Source of the DNA: a virus
DNA: 37,437 nt
IMG/VR virus record: IMGVR_UViG_3300013290_000001
Direction: 5' to 3' (one strand)
Positions 16,061 through 24,407 of the stretch are shown in pieces; position 1 is the stretch's first letter, and the number at the start of each line of letters is the position of its first letter. A program made the translations under genes and the position numbers. Under the pieces are notes generated by a model, which saw only the letters and a program-made list of their open reading frames with translations, was not told where the DNA came from and did not search any database.

Positions 16061-18181
16061 GATCGGGAAGACCGTACACCTGCAATTGATATCTTCCTCA
16101 GCCAGTCCGATCTGTCCAGGAGCAGGACCACTGCCAGCGCCAACTTCAAAATCATCATCCAAATCAATCCCCTCCTGATACTTGCGATGTGCCGCCACAT
16201 GCGAATCACGTGTACGCTCATCTAGGGCAGCCAGCCAGCCTTTCCGGGTCACAACCCCTTTTTGTTTATATGCCAGCAATTTTCCGCCATTGCTCGCTGT
16301 AACAACCTCAGTCCTGGCAATCGTCTCAGCAGAACTCCGGATCCGATCACCCATAATTTCTTCAACCCGTTGTTTTAACTTATCAATCCCCTCGCCAGCA
16401 TCTATTCCCTCTGCTAGTGCTTTTTTCAACGCGTTCCAGGTAGTCTGATTTACTTCCACCGCAAACCGCTGCGCCTGTTGCTCAATAAAACGCACAACCT
16501 CAGGTTGTTTGATATCGAACGAACTCTGGATCTTCAATTCATCCAGCGCAGCCCGTCCCATCTCTTCCACCACAAAACCAAAAATAGGTCGTATTTTCAA
16601 CCTGAATTTTTTGATCCATTCTTTGACATTGAAAGGATTTTTCCAGTCTCTGGTTGCACCTGCACCAGTATTGAGGTTGTCAGCTTCAGCATTCCGTAAT
16701 CCGGCCAAAACGCTTTCACGCTGCGATTTCATTAACTCCTCTACCACATCCCCAAAGCGCTTCTCCAATGGTTCAATCGATCGCACAAATACATTCCACA
16801 TCGCCTCATGTTCCCGCGACCCATACTCAATCACCCTGGTATTTCTTTGCGCCTTTTTATTTCTTTGAGTCTCCGCGTCCTTTTCTTTTTCTTCACTGTC
16901 AGCTGTGAGCTGTGAGCTGTCAGCATCTTTATCCGGTCCCCCGTCCCCCGTCTCCGGTCCCTTCAACAATTCCTCAACGGGAACAGACGTGTATGACGCC
17001 CACCACGTATTCCCCCACGGATAAGGATCCAGCCCCTTCTTTTCCCGCCATTCATTAATCGTTAACGCTCCCAGCATAATCTGGTCTTTCTCTCGCATCC
17101 AGGAATCTGTTTCTAATTCCTGTAAAACTTCAATATCGGATGAATCCAGTTCAATCTCATCCGCCTCGCCCAAAAACATGGGCAATAATTTCTCTTTCAA
17201 TTCATCTGTAATAAATCTACTCGATGGAATAACCGAGTGTGTATATGCTGCTCGCATCGCAGCATTAAAATTCTCATACGTGCGCTGTCCACCCACAAGA
17301 TCCTGTGGCCAATGATAAGCCCGGCAAACCTCTTCCAGCGTAAAACGTAAACCACCCAAAAATTCTGCATCTTTAGGAGTAACACCAAATTCTTTTGCTT
17401 CAATCTCAAACCGGAAAAAATTCCATCTATGCGCTCGGTCAACACCTCTGGTTCGCTTATCAACCTGATTTTCAATTTCCTCAGCCTGTTCCTTTGTTAA
17501 TATCCGTGCTTTTGGCCACATCACACCGCCCATCTGATTTCCATTTTTAAACAGATTCATATTGGATTTCAAAGCACCATTGGCATAATCAACTGAGAGC
17601 CGCGCAGCTGCAATCGGGGATAATCCGGAAAATTCATCAATCGGATTTGGATAGCGGAACCAGATCACCTCATCCGGTTCGAACCATAATTTTTGCCCAT
17701 TTACTTCATATTCATACCCGCGGATATAATTCACTGGATCCGGAAAAACAGTCACTTGTGATGGTTTTCCCCACCAGATTTCTTTAGGAGTTCCCTTCCC
17801 ACTTTCACCACGTTCCAAAAACCAGAAACAAGAACCCCAAATTCCAAGACTCATGTCTGTCATTTGCAATAACCGGTTCCACGTCCAGTGAGGGTTCACC
17901 CTGTGTAATAATTCATATAAACGGCCTGTTTCAACCTCTCGCTTTTTCCCCTTCACAAATCGAAACAACGCCAAATCCAATGTCGCCATCAGCTGCGCCC
18001 GCCAGGTAACGATCGAATAGATACTGTTCGAGGTCGCAATATAATTCCCGTACTCCTCAGGTGTATAAGTCGATGGATCCACACCCCAATAACTCAAACT
18101 CGGGTCCACCAGTGCCTTACCCAGCACAAACTCCCGTAATTTCTTCTGCACCACCAAACTCAACCCGTCAAATAATCCCAT
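16055..18181 (-). CDS. Portal protein fused to a Mu F/SPP1 gp7-like head morphogenesis domain
   Basis: The N-terminal ~400 aa are portal-like (..NPIDEFSGLSPIAAARLSVDYANGALKSNMNLFKNGNQMGGV..). The C-terminus ALDERTRDSHVAAH...EEDINCRCTVFPIV is the Mu F-family signature. The two halves are joined by an in-frame heptad array. Confidence 0.85.
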   Translation of the reverse strand: MGLFDGLSLVVQKKLREFVLGKALVDPSLSYWGVDPSTYTPEEYGNYIATSNSIYSIVTWRAQLMATLDLALFRFVKGKKREVETGRLYELLHRVNPHWTWNRLLQMTDMSLGIWGSCFWFLERGESGKGTPKEIWWGKPSQVTVFPDPVNYIRGYEYEVNGQKLWFEPDEVIWFRYPNPIDEFSGLSPIAAARLSVDYANGALKSNMNLFKNGNQMGGVMWPKARILTKEQAEEIENQVDKRTRGVDRAHRWNFFRFEIEAKEFGVTPKDAEFLGGLRFTLEEVCRAYHWPQDLVGGQRTYENFNAAMRAAYTHSVIPSSRFITDELKEKLLPMFLGEADEIELDSSDIEVLQELETDSWMREKDQIMLGALTINEWREKKGLDPYPWGNTWWASYTSVPVEELLKGPETGDGGPDKDADSSQLTADSEEKEKDAETQRNKKAQRNTRVIEYGSREHEAMWNVFVRSIEPLEKRFGDVVEELMKSQRESVLAGLRNAEADNLNTGAGATRDWKNPFNVKEWIKKFRLKIRPIFGFVVEEMGRAALDELKIQSSFDIKQPEVVRFIEQQAQRFAVEVNQTTWNALKKALAEGIDAGEGIDKLKQRVEEIMGDRIRSSAETIARTEVVTASNGGKLLAYKQKGVVTRKGWLAALDERTRDSHVAAHRKYQEGIDLDDDFEVGAGSGPAPGQIGLAEEDINCRCTVFPIV
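16898..16960. repeat. In-ORF heptanucleotide array (9 units) at the portal/MuF domain junction
   Basis: gtcagct gtgagct gtgagct gtcagca tctttat ccggtcc cccgtcc cccgtct ccggtcc. It translates as GPETGDGGPDKDADSSQLTAD. Confidence 0.85.
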
Positions 18182-18217
18182 ATCTTTTCCTCTAACCTTC
18201 GCGTCTCTTCTTTCTTT

Positions 18218-18252
18218 TCCTATCAGCTATCAGTTTTGAGCTTTGAGCCGTT
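18218..18252. repeat. Intergenic heptanucleotide array (5 units)
   Basis: ttcctat cagctat cagtttt gagcttt gagccgt. Confidence 0.7.
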
Positions 18253-18265
18253 GTCTAATCGGAGA

Positions 18266-19813
18266 TTAGACAACGAGATCCCCATCCGTAAAAATCTCTT
18301 CCTCCGCCGCCATCTCCAGACCACCGCTCACCGTGTCCACCTGGTCATCATGTCGACCGGTCGGGAAATCCAAAGCCTCCATCAAAAACTCCTGAATCCA
18401 CGGACCGCGCACCAGATATAACTTTTTGGCCAAGCCCAAACTGCGCACCGGTCGTGCGCGTGAAACCTTATCCTTATCCACCGTGCGTTCGTGAATCGAA
18501 ATACCACGCAATTTCTCATTCTTCATAAAATCCTTGAAAACCAGCTTCGAAAATGCCACACTCTCCACACCCCAGATCACGCCCTTCTCGTGCGGCATCC
18601 GCATCACTTCAATCATCGTCTCCAGGAAAGAATCAATATCGTGCACCCGCACCATATCGCGAATATAAAAATTGGATTCCTTGTCATACGCCACCCGTGC
18701 GCACGTATTCCAGTCACTCGTAGTCTTCTCTCCCAGTGCCAGGTCCATCAACCCGCACCACACCAGATCATCCGGAGCCTTATTAATCACCTGAAACATC
18801 CGGTCCGAGAAAAACACGCCGTCGCTCGGTCGTGGTTGCTGCTCATAGAGAGAATACCAGTCACTTAACTGCCCGTTCGCTTCCAATGTCGCCCGGATCT
18901 GGTCCAGCATTTCCCTGGGGAACATATCCGGCCATAATGGCTCGCCACTTCCAGGCAGCCTTCCTAATGGATCCTTCAATGGACGGTACAGCCCGCCCAG
19001 CATCGCTTTTCCCTGTTCATCCTTCGAGCTGGCATACTCCTCAATCTGCAGTGGGATCACCGGCAGTGAGACCACTTTCCAGCTCATCGCCCGCTTATCC
19101 GTCGCGGAGGCCTTCAACATCTCACCAATCAGATCTTCCCGGTGCCATCGCGTATGGATCAGCACAATCGCAGTACCCTTCTTCACACGCGAAAGAATCG
19201 AGGAAGTCATCCACTTCTTTACCTTCTGTCGGTTCGTAGGTGAATCAGCCTCTTCCCTGTTCTTGAACGGGTCATCAATCACAATCAAACTTGCAGGTCG
19301 TCCGGTCGCGCCACCTTCCACGCCGATCGCCAGCATACCGCCGCGATGGGGGTGCTCCAGACTCCAGTTACCTTTGGCAAAACTATCTCCGGAGAGCTCC
19401 ACCGGTTTCGGGCTTTTCGATTTCTCCCCAAACAGCGCAGCAAATTCCGGGCTGTCAATAATCCGTCGCACTTCCTTAGAGTGGTCCGAGGAGAAATCAG
19501 CGCTATACGTCGCCAGCATGATATTCGAATCAGGCCGCTTCCCCAGAACCCAGCTCGGCATCAAACGCGAAACAATCGTACTTTTCCCGTGCTGCGGTGG
19601 GACCTCCACAATTAACGCTTGCGTTCCCTCAGCGCCACCCGTCTCAATATAGCGATACACCTGCTCCAGTTCTTCGCAAATCAGCTCATGAAACCTGGTA
19701 GGCTCCCACCAGTCATAAATATAACGGCCAAACTCAGCCAAACGCCTACGAGCCAGCTCCCTCCTGGCCAGCTCAACCCGTGCATCCTCTGGCGCTATCA
19801 CCCTACTACTCAT
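18266..19813 (-). CDS. terL: Terminase large subunit
   Basis: Walker A VPPQHGKSTIVS and Walker B LIVIDDPF, followed by a C-terminal nuclease-like region. ATG at 19813 overlaps the upstream TGA (the tracked start at 19816 is TTG). Confidence 0.9.
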   Translation of the reverse strand: MSSRVIAPEDARVELARRELARRRLAEFGRYIYDWWEPTRFHELICEELEQVYRYIETGGAEGTQALIVEVPPQHGKSTIVSRLMPSWVLGKRPDSNIMLATYSADFSSDHSKEVRRIIDSPEFAALFGEKSKSPKPVELSGDSFAKGNWSLEHPHRGGMLAIGVEGGATGRPASLIVIDDPFKNREEADSPTNRQKVKKWMTSSILSRVKKGTAIVLIHTRWHREDLIGEMLKASATDKRAMSWKVVSLPVIPLQIEEYASSKDEQGKAMLGGLYRPLKDPLGRLPGSGEPLWPDMFPREMLDQIRATLEANGQLSDWYSLYEQQPRPSDGVFFSDRMFQVINKAPDDLVWCGLMDLALGEKTTSDWNTCARVAYDKESNFYIRDMVRVHDIDSFLETMIEVMRMPHEKGVIWGVESVAFSKLVFKDFMKNEKLRGISIHERTVDKDKVSRARPVRSLGLAKKLYLVRGPWIQEFLMEALDFPTGRHDDQVDTVSGGLEMAAEEEIFTDGDLVV

Positions 19814-20010
19814 CAATTTTCTTCACTCAACACTGTGCGAACAAAACAATCTTTTGCTTCAAGTAATTTACGCATACCAGCGGATTTTTCTGCACAATCT
19901 GGTAGGGTTTCTTCCATCAAATTCGCAAGCTCACAAATTGGCTTAGATACTTCCTGCAGTTTTTGCGGAAGATGTTTATATTCGAAAAACTTTATTGTTG
20001 TTGATCCCAT
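19813..20010 (-). CDS. Hypothetical small protein between terS and terL
   Basis: 65 aa, RBS AGGAGAAATT, stop overlaps the terL start. Confidence 0.6.
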   Translation of the reverse strand: MGSTTIKFFEYKHLPQKLQEVSKPICELANLMEETLPDCAEKSAGMRKLLEAKDCFVRTVLSEEN

Positions 20011-20059
20011 AATTTCTCCTGTTTTTTCTCAATCCTTATCACACCCTACTGGTGCAATC

Positions 20060-20103
20060 CTTATCACACCCTATGGGTGCAAACCTCAATCCTCAAACCT
20101 CAA
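20060..20103. repeat. 44-bp intergenic repeat, copy B (identical to 12138..12181), preceded by a partial tandem copy at 20033..20057
   Basis: Read directly. The tandem units are tccttatcacaccctactggtgcaa and tccttatcacaccctatgggtgcaa. Confidence 0.85.
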
Positions 20104-20125
20104 ACCTCAAACCTCAATCCTACGA
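20084..20125. repeat. Intergenic heptanucleotide array (6 units)
   Basis: cctcaat cctcaaa cctcaaa cctcaaa cctcaat cctacga; it contains the terS stop at 20120. Confidence 0.85.
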
Positions 20126-20764
20126 GCTATCACCTTCAGACTTCTTTGCTCTTCTCGCAATTTCCATCAACTCCGCCTCACTCAACTCGCTCATCTCATC
20201 GTCGCCAATCTCAGCCTTTACATCCACCCGGCTCCTGGGAACATAATCACCTGTCATCTCAAAGAACAATTTACGATCAGGATTCGATCGATGATCTGAA
20301 TTGCTCGCGCTATCCACCAAAGCCTTGATCACATCCGCTCTGTGTTCCAGCATCGTGGCCGATTGCAATAGAGAAATCGCCCCATCAATATCCGGGGATT
20401 TCTTTCGCCAGGTGGCAATCACCCGGTCAGATGTCAGACCCAGCACCTTCTGCGCAAACTCATCCTGCGTCTTTGGCCAGCGGTTTAACTTCGGTGAACT
20501 CGCCCACGCCACAAAACACGCAATCCGCCACGGCCATTTGCTGTTCAATAATTGCTGGTAGGTATCCCACCAGCCCAATCTCGCATCTCCCGGTTTAGTC
20601 TGTGTATGTAATTGATCTAGAGCAACCTTTGCACCCATCGAGCGCCGTGCCTTCTCCTCAGTCGTGAAGACAACCTGCGCGTCACCATCCTCCAGCTCAT
20701 CAATCTCCAATCCCAGGCTTAACTGCTCAAAATACTCAGGGTGCAATTTCTTTAAATCAATCAT
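20120..20764 (-). CDS. terS: Terminase small subunit (putative)
   Basis: HTH-like PKTQDEFAQKVLGLTSDRVIATW, acidic C-terminus, position upstream of terL. Confidence 0.6.
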   Translation of the reverse strand: MIDLKKLHPEYFEQLSLGLEIDELEDGDAQVVFTTEEKARRSMGAKVALDQLHTQTKPGDARLGWWDTYQQLLNSKWPWRIACFVAWASSPKLNRWPKTQDEFAQKVLGLTSDRVIATWRKKSPDIDGAISLLQSATMLEHRADVIKALVDSASNSDHRSNPDRKLFFEMTGDYVPRSRVDVKAEIGDDEMSELSEAELMEIARRAKKSEGDSS

Positions 20765-21794
20765 TCATCAACCTCACATACCGCTTATTCAAGTGGTAAG
20801 CCGCAATCCAGCGCTCCGGATCATCCTGAATCTTGATCCAGGCATCCGTCCCCTGAATATCCAGCACATCCACCTCAACACCGCCATAATAATCACCAAC
20901 ATCCGCAAACCGCGTACCCGGACCCGTCCGGATATTCACCATCTGCGCCACAACCTTCGCTCTGGGATAATTCGCAACCGGTCCCCCGTCTCCCGTCCCC
21001 GGTCCTTCTCCCGTCATCTCAAAACCAGAAATCGTATTCCACACCTCCGGCATATACGTCAAACAATTCGCCATCTCCCAGAAATTAAATCCACTTAATC
21101 CCAACGCAACCGCAGTCTCCATAAATTCCTGCACCTGCCCGGCAGTTGCCTGCCATCCATGCTCGTGATACGCTGCCCCAGTGGGAAAAATAGGCCTCTG
21201 CACTTTAACCAAATTTTTGAACTCCTGGATGCATGTCTTCAGCTGGTGACCTGGATTGCTGGCCATCATCCAATACACCTGCGGCGCATTGAAATCACAA
21301 AATTCCAGAAACGCATCAAATGGAAATTCAGGGTGAAAGTGTGGAAAACGATACGAACTCAACCCAATCGGCAAATCAGGTAAAGCTCCCCGCAACATAC
21401 TCATATACCGTCTGGCAACATTCGCGCCTGCACTCTTATACTCGTGCTCAGCATTCACCACAAACCCATCCAGATCCAACTCCTGGATCCGTTTAATAGC
21501 AACTTCTGCTTCCAGTTCCGGGTAGCGAGCATACACATATTGCCACCCCCACGGCGAGATTCCGCGTGTTCTAAGGGCTGACACCAGTTCTTTCGCGAAA
21601 TCTCGCCCATTATAAATGTTGTATCTCCATGATCCATCACATACCTTGATCCAGGCATGTGTCATCCCCGCTTTAACCAGTTCATCAGCAATCAAATCGG
21701 TATCCAGATCCGTAGGGGCAACGGCTTTTCCTTGCCCTAATACCTCCAACAAATACCGCACCTTCCAGATATAAATTCCTTTACCGTTTAACAT
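20757..21794 (-). CDS. Endolysin: glycoside-hydrolase-like TIM-barrel domain plus a C-terminal SH3b-like wall-binding domain
   Basis: C-terminus AKVVAQMVNIRTGPGTRFADVGDYYGGVEVDVLDIQGTDAWIKIQ is SH3b-like. The linker GEGPGTGDGGP is encoded by a heptad array. It follows a holin-like gene. The catalytic family cannot be assigned by eye. Confidence 0.7.
   Translation of the reverse strand: MLNGKGIYIWKVRYLLEVLGQGKAVAPTDLDTDLIADELVKAGMTHAWIKVCDGSWRYNIYNGRDFAKELVSALRTRGISPWGWQYVYARYPELEAEVAIKRIQELDLDGFVVNAEHEYKSAGANVARRYMSMLRGALPDLPIGLSSYRFPHFHPEFPFDAFLEFCDFNAPQVYWMMASNPGHQLKTCIQEFKNLVKVQRPIFPTGAAYHEHGWQATAGQVQEFMETAVALGLSGFNFWEMANCLTYMPEVWNTISGFEMTGEGPGTGDGGPVANYPRAKVVAQMVNIRTGPGTRFADVGDYYGGVEVDVLDIQGTDAWIKIQDDPERWIAAYHLNKRYVRLMND
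20978..21005. repeat. In-ORF heptanucleotide array (4 units) at the endolysin interdomain linker
   Basis: ccggtcc cccgtct cccgtcc ccggtcc. Confidence 0.8.
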
Positions 21795-22145
21795 CTAACC
21801 CCCTACCAACAACTTGATCAGATACGTAGTCATCAACGCTGTCAAAATGCCCAGGATCCACTTAAGTATGCTATTCGTCTGCACCAGCTGATTAACTGAT
21901 TTGACTAGCTCATTGATCTTATTTTCATGTGCGTTGATTTTTTCTTCCTGTGCTTTAAGTTTTTCCCAGGCAAGATCAATTTTACTTGTCAGACTTGGCG
22001 TTGCGTTGGCTGCATTTAATTCAACACATCGTAAACGTTCATTGGTGCTATTCAGCATTTCTTTTAATTCATCAAAACTTTTTTCCATGCGACTTCCCAA
22101 AGAGTTAATCTGATCCTGCAGACCTCGTAATGTACCCTCAGTCAT
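21795..22145 (-). CDS. Coiled-coil protein with a C-terminal TM anchor (XhlA-/spanin-like lysis accessory, tentative)
   Basis: Trimmed to the ATG at 22145 (MTEGTLRGLQDQ...). Heptad-like coil followed by WILGILTALMTTYLIKLLVGG. Lies between the holin-like gene and the endolysin. Confidence 0.45.
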   Translation of the reverse strand: MTEGTLRGLQDQINSLGSRMEKSFDELKEMLNSTNERLRCVELNAANATPSLTSKIDLAWEKLKAQEEKINAHENKINELVKSVNQLVQTNSILKWILGILTALMTTYLIKLLVGG

Positions 22146-22152
22146 AATGATT

Positions 22153-22605
22153 TCACCCGGCATGAGTAGGACCATTGCTGTCCTTCAGCTTTCCACGATT
22201 CAGCAGTGGTTTAATAATCAGGTCATGTAAGTAACTTGCCCCCATACCCACCATGACACCGGTCAAAATTGTCCCAAATACCGTGACCGCAAAAGGATTC
22301 TCTGCCTCAGCTATGACGGAAAATAATTCTGCAATCAGAAATATCAGGTCCAGATCATATAAAAACGCAGCCAGCACTCCCAGCCCGCACGTCACCAGTG
22401 CAATCAGACCTTCGCGTAACCGCGTTTTTTCCAGGAAACCTGCCAACCCGGGAAAGATCGAAATCAGAATACCCTCAATCTTCCCGAATAAAAACTCCGT
22501 CGCGGTCTGAATCACCAGCGCCAATACAAACACAATTCCAAAAATCACCCCAAGGGTTCCACCGATCACCAATAAAACCTGCAAAATCAAATCCAAACTC
22601 ACCAT
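22153..22605 (-). CDS. Putative holin (multi-pass membrane protein)
   Basis: Several hydrophobic segments (LLVIGGTLGVIFGIVFVLALVI; GLIALVTCGLGVLAAFLY; FGTILTGVMVGMGASYL). First gene of the lysis cassette. Confidence 0.5.
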   Translation of the reverse strand: MVSLDLILQVLLVIGGTLGVIFGIVFVLALVIQTATEFLFGKIEGILISIFPGLAGFLEKTRLREGLIALVTCGLGVLAAFLYDLDLIFLIAELFSVIAEAENPFAVTVFGTILTGVMVGMGASYLHDLIIKPLLNRGKLKDSNGPTHAG

Positions 22606-22635
22606 CTTTCTCTCCTCTCTCTAGCTCTTGGTAAG

Positions 22636-22670
22636 AGTAAAGCATTTTTATCTCTCAAAAATGCTTTACT
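22636..22670. repeat. 5'-UTR hairpin element, copy 3 (14-bp perfect stem)
   Basis: agtaaagcattttt-atctctc-aaaaatgctttact, upstream of the holin-like gene start. Confidence 0.8.
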
Positions 22671-22712
22671 CCCTAACACTTAATCCCTAACACCTATCAC
22701 TTGAATCAAAAA

Positions 22713-22740
22713 GCGCCGCGTCAATCACTGACGCAGGCGC
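22713..22740. other. GC-rich imperfect dyad/hairpin in a noncoding region
   Basis: gcgccgcgtca-atcac-tgacgcaggcgc (one bulge). Confidence 0.6.
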
Positions 22741-22783
22741 TCATCTCTGCAAGTGTCCGGAACTACATCCGATCTGCCTTGGC

Positions 22784-22820
22784 GGTGGTGGGAAGTGGAA
22801 GGCTTTCTCCTCCCACCACC
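22784..22820. other. 37-bp dyad (10-bp perfect arms); candidate attP core or structured RNA
   Basis: ggtggtggga-17 nt-tcccaccacc. No T-run follows it on either strand. Confidence 0.5.
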
Positions 22821-22865
22821 TATTCAAATGAAACTTACCCAACCCATTCCGCATTCTCGCGGAAA

Positions 22866-22894
22866 ATGTAAAATTCAACAACTGAATTTTACAT
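22866..22894 (-). terminator. Weak intrinsic-terminator-like hairpin after the early operon
   Basis: atgtaaaattca-acaac-tgaattttacat (12-bp perfect AT-rich stem). The minus-strand sense is followed by TTTCC. It lies ~65 nt after the stop at 22959. Confidence 0.4.
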
Positions 22895-22958
22895 AAATAT
22901 TTTAACACAAACCGATTCTGTTAACAACCCCCAATTACCTCGTAGGCATAAACTACCA

Positions 22959-23312
22959 CTAATTTTTATCAACCGGTATTACCGGAGGTTGCGAGGTTGG
23001 CTTTGATTTTTTCTTTTTTGAATTTCTATCCATATTAGGATTCCATAATGGCTCATCAGATAAAGAGACAGAATAAGTAACAATTCCATTTTTATCCACC
23101 CGTTTTTTAGTAGTCAACTTTCTATTCGGAACTTTAAGCCACCACTTTCCATCAAAAAATTCAAAATCTGAATCTTCCGCGTTCATCCTTGAGCATTGAG
23201 CCAACTCATCCCCCCTCCTGGCGGCAAATAATAAAGAATAAATTAACAACCCAAAATTGGATCCCAAAAACAACCCCAACACCAAAAAACCAACATCTCT
23301 CCAACTCATCAT
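22959..23312 (-). CDS. Hypothetical membrane protein (AT-rich)
   Basis: N-terminal TM VGFLVLGLFLGSNFGLLIYSLLFAA; Lys-rich C-terminus. Confidence 0.55.
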   Translation of the reverse strand: MMSWRDVGFLVLGLFLGSNFGLLIYSLLFAARRGDELAQCSRMNAEDSDFEFFDGKWWLKVPNRKLTTKKRVDKNGIVTYSVSLSDEPLWNPNMDRNSKKKKSKPTSQPPVIPVDKN

Positions 23313-23317
23313 TCCTC

Positions 23318-23566
23318 CTAAAACCTATCTACACCAAGCATCACAGGTGGTGGAATCGGAATTCCACTTTCAGTCATCTTTGGGCCTTTTTCCCATTCAA
23401 TCCACCGCTTCACAAAATCCTTGTTTATCCGCTCGAGCAAATCGGAATATTCTTTTTCATCAACCCAAAGAATAAAAAAAACAATTGCAGTCCCAAAACA
23501 TAGAAATGCAAACCCAATACATACACTTAACAATGACTCCATCTCTCCTCCAATCATTTCTTCCAC
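23318..23566 (-). CDS. Hypothetical membrane protein (AT-rich)
   Basis: TM LLSVCIGFAFLCFGTAIVFFILWV. GTG start overlaps the upstream TAG; an alternative ATG lies at 23557. Confidence 0.5.
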   Translation of the reverse strand: MEEMIGGEMESLLSVCIGFAFLCFGTAIVFFILWVDEKEYSDLLERINKDFVKRWIEWEKGPKMTESGIPIPPPVMLGVDRF

Positions 23567-23913
23567 TAACTACTCACATCAAATAGAGACTGAGGATCCT
23601 TCCATATTTGACCTCTATAAAAACTACTGTAAGGATTTTCGGAAATTTTTACCGTCTCTAAATAAAATTCCTTATTAAGCCTGTTTCCAAAAAGAACAGG
23701 ATGCTCCATAAGATTATTAAATTCTTCTATTTCTTTTCTATATTGACTTTCAAAAACCGGATGAACCAGAAGCATTGCTCCAACCTGAAAAATTGTTGGT
23801 TTCTTTTCTATCCTAATTTTTTGAAATGGCCTCCAGGGAAAAGAAAACAATCGCTCTTTCCAGGTTCTTTTCACCTTAATTTCTTCAACCGCATTCACCG
23901 TATAAATAATCAT
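23566..23913 (-). CDS. Hypothetical protein (AT-rich)
   Basis: 115-aa ORF, ATG at 23913. No motif recognised. Confidence 0.5.
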   Translation of the reverse strand: MIIYTVNAVEEIKVKRTWKERLFSFPWRPFQKIRIEKKPTIFQVGAMLLVHPVFESQYRKEIEEFNNLMEHPVLFGNRLNKEFYLETVKISENPYSSFYRGQIWKDPQSLFDVSS

Positions 23914-23971
23914 TTCTTAATCCTCCAATATTAATCCTCAATCACGTGCCCCGCTACCGCAGGGGTAACCC

Positions 23972-24229
23972 CTATTCCCTACCCTCTATCAGCTTCTCAA
24001 TCGCCTCTTTTCCAGGCACCCACGTCCTAACAGATCCACAAACCGAGCATCTAACCTCAGTCACATACCCCTCAACAATCGCAATCACATCTACCTCCGC
24101 ACTCTCAAACGCATCATAATCCACCGCCTCGCGATACAACAATAACTGACGAATCCCTGTCCCGTTCCTGCGCACCTGTCCCAACACATGCCCATTCCCG
24201 CACTTCCATGGTTTTACATCACGCTCCAT
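23972..24229 (-). CDS. Zinc-ribbon-like small protein
   Basis: Two Cys/His pairs: KCGNGH ... RCSVCG. Confidence 0.55.
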   Translation of the reverse strand: MERDVKPWKCGNGHVLGQVRRNGTGIRQLLLYREAVDYDAFESAEVDVIAIVEGYVTEVRCSVCGSVRTWVPGKEAIEKLIEGRE

Positions 24230-24398
24230 AATCCCCCAATCGATTCAAATCATACAATTTGAAAATTTTTATCTTTTTGCATTTTTTACATTTTTTCTTA
24301 AAAAATTTGTAAACCTTACCGGAATCATGGTCGTAAGAATATCCAGTTGCTATTACTTCAAATTCATGATCACAAGGTTGGCGAGTTTTTTGGTTCAT
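24219..24398 (-). CDS. Unlisted 59-aa Lys-rich Cys-pair protein (below the ORF-track cutoff)
   Basis: My translation: MNQKTRQPCDHEFEVIATGYSYDHDSGKVYKFFKKKCKKCKKIKIFKLYDLNRLGDYGA. RBS GAAAGGAAAAG directly before ATG 24398. The TGA at 24219 overlaps the next start by 11 nt. Confidence 0.5.
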   Translation of the reverse strand: MNQKTRQPCDHEFEVIATGYSYDHDSGKVYKFFKKKCKKCKKIKIFKLYDLNRLGDYGA

Positions 24399-24407
24399 CT
24401 TTTCCTT

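Noticed and set aside
22700-22830. tRNA or tmRNA in the GC-rich part of the noncoding gap
   Set aside because: I could not fold a cloverleaf. There is no T-loop GTTCRANNC-like box and no acceptor-stem pairing at tRNA spacing. Only two isolated dyads are present.
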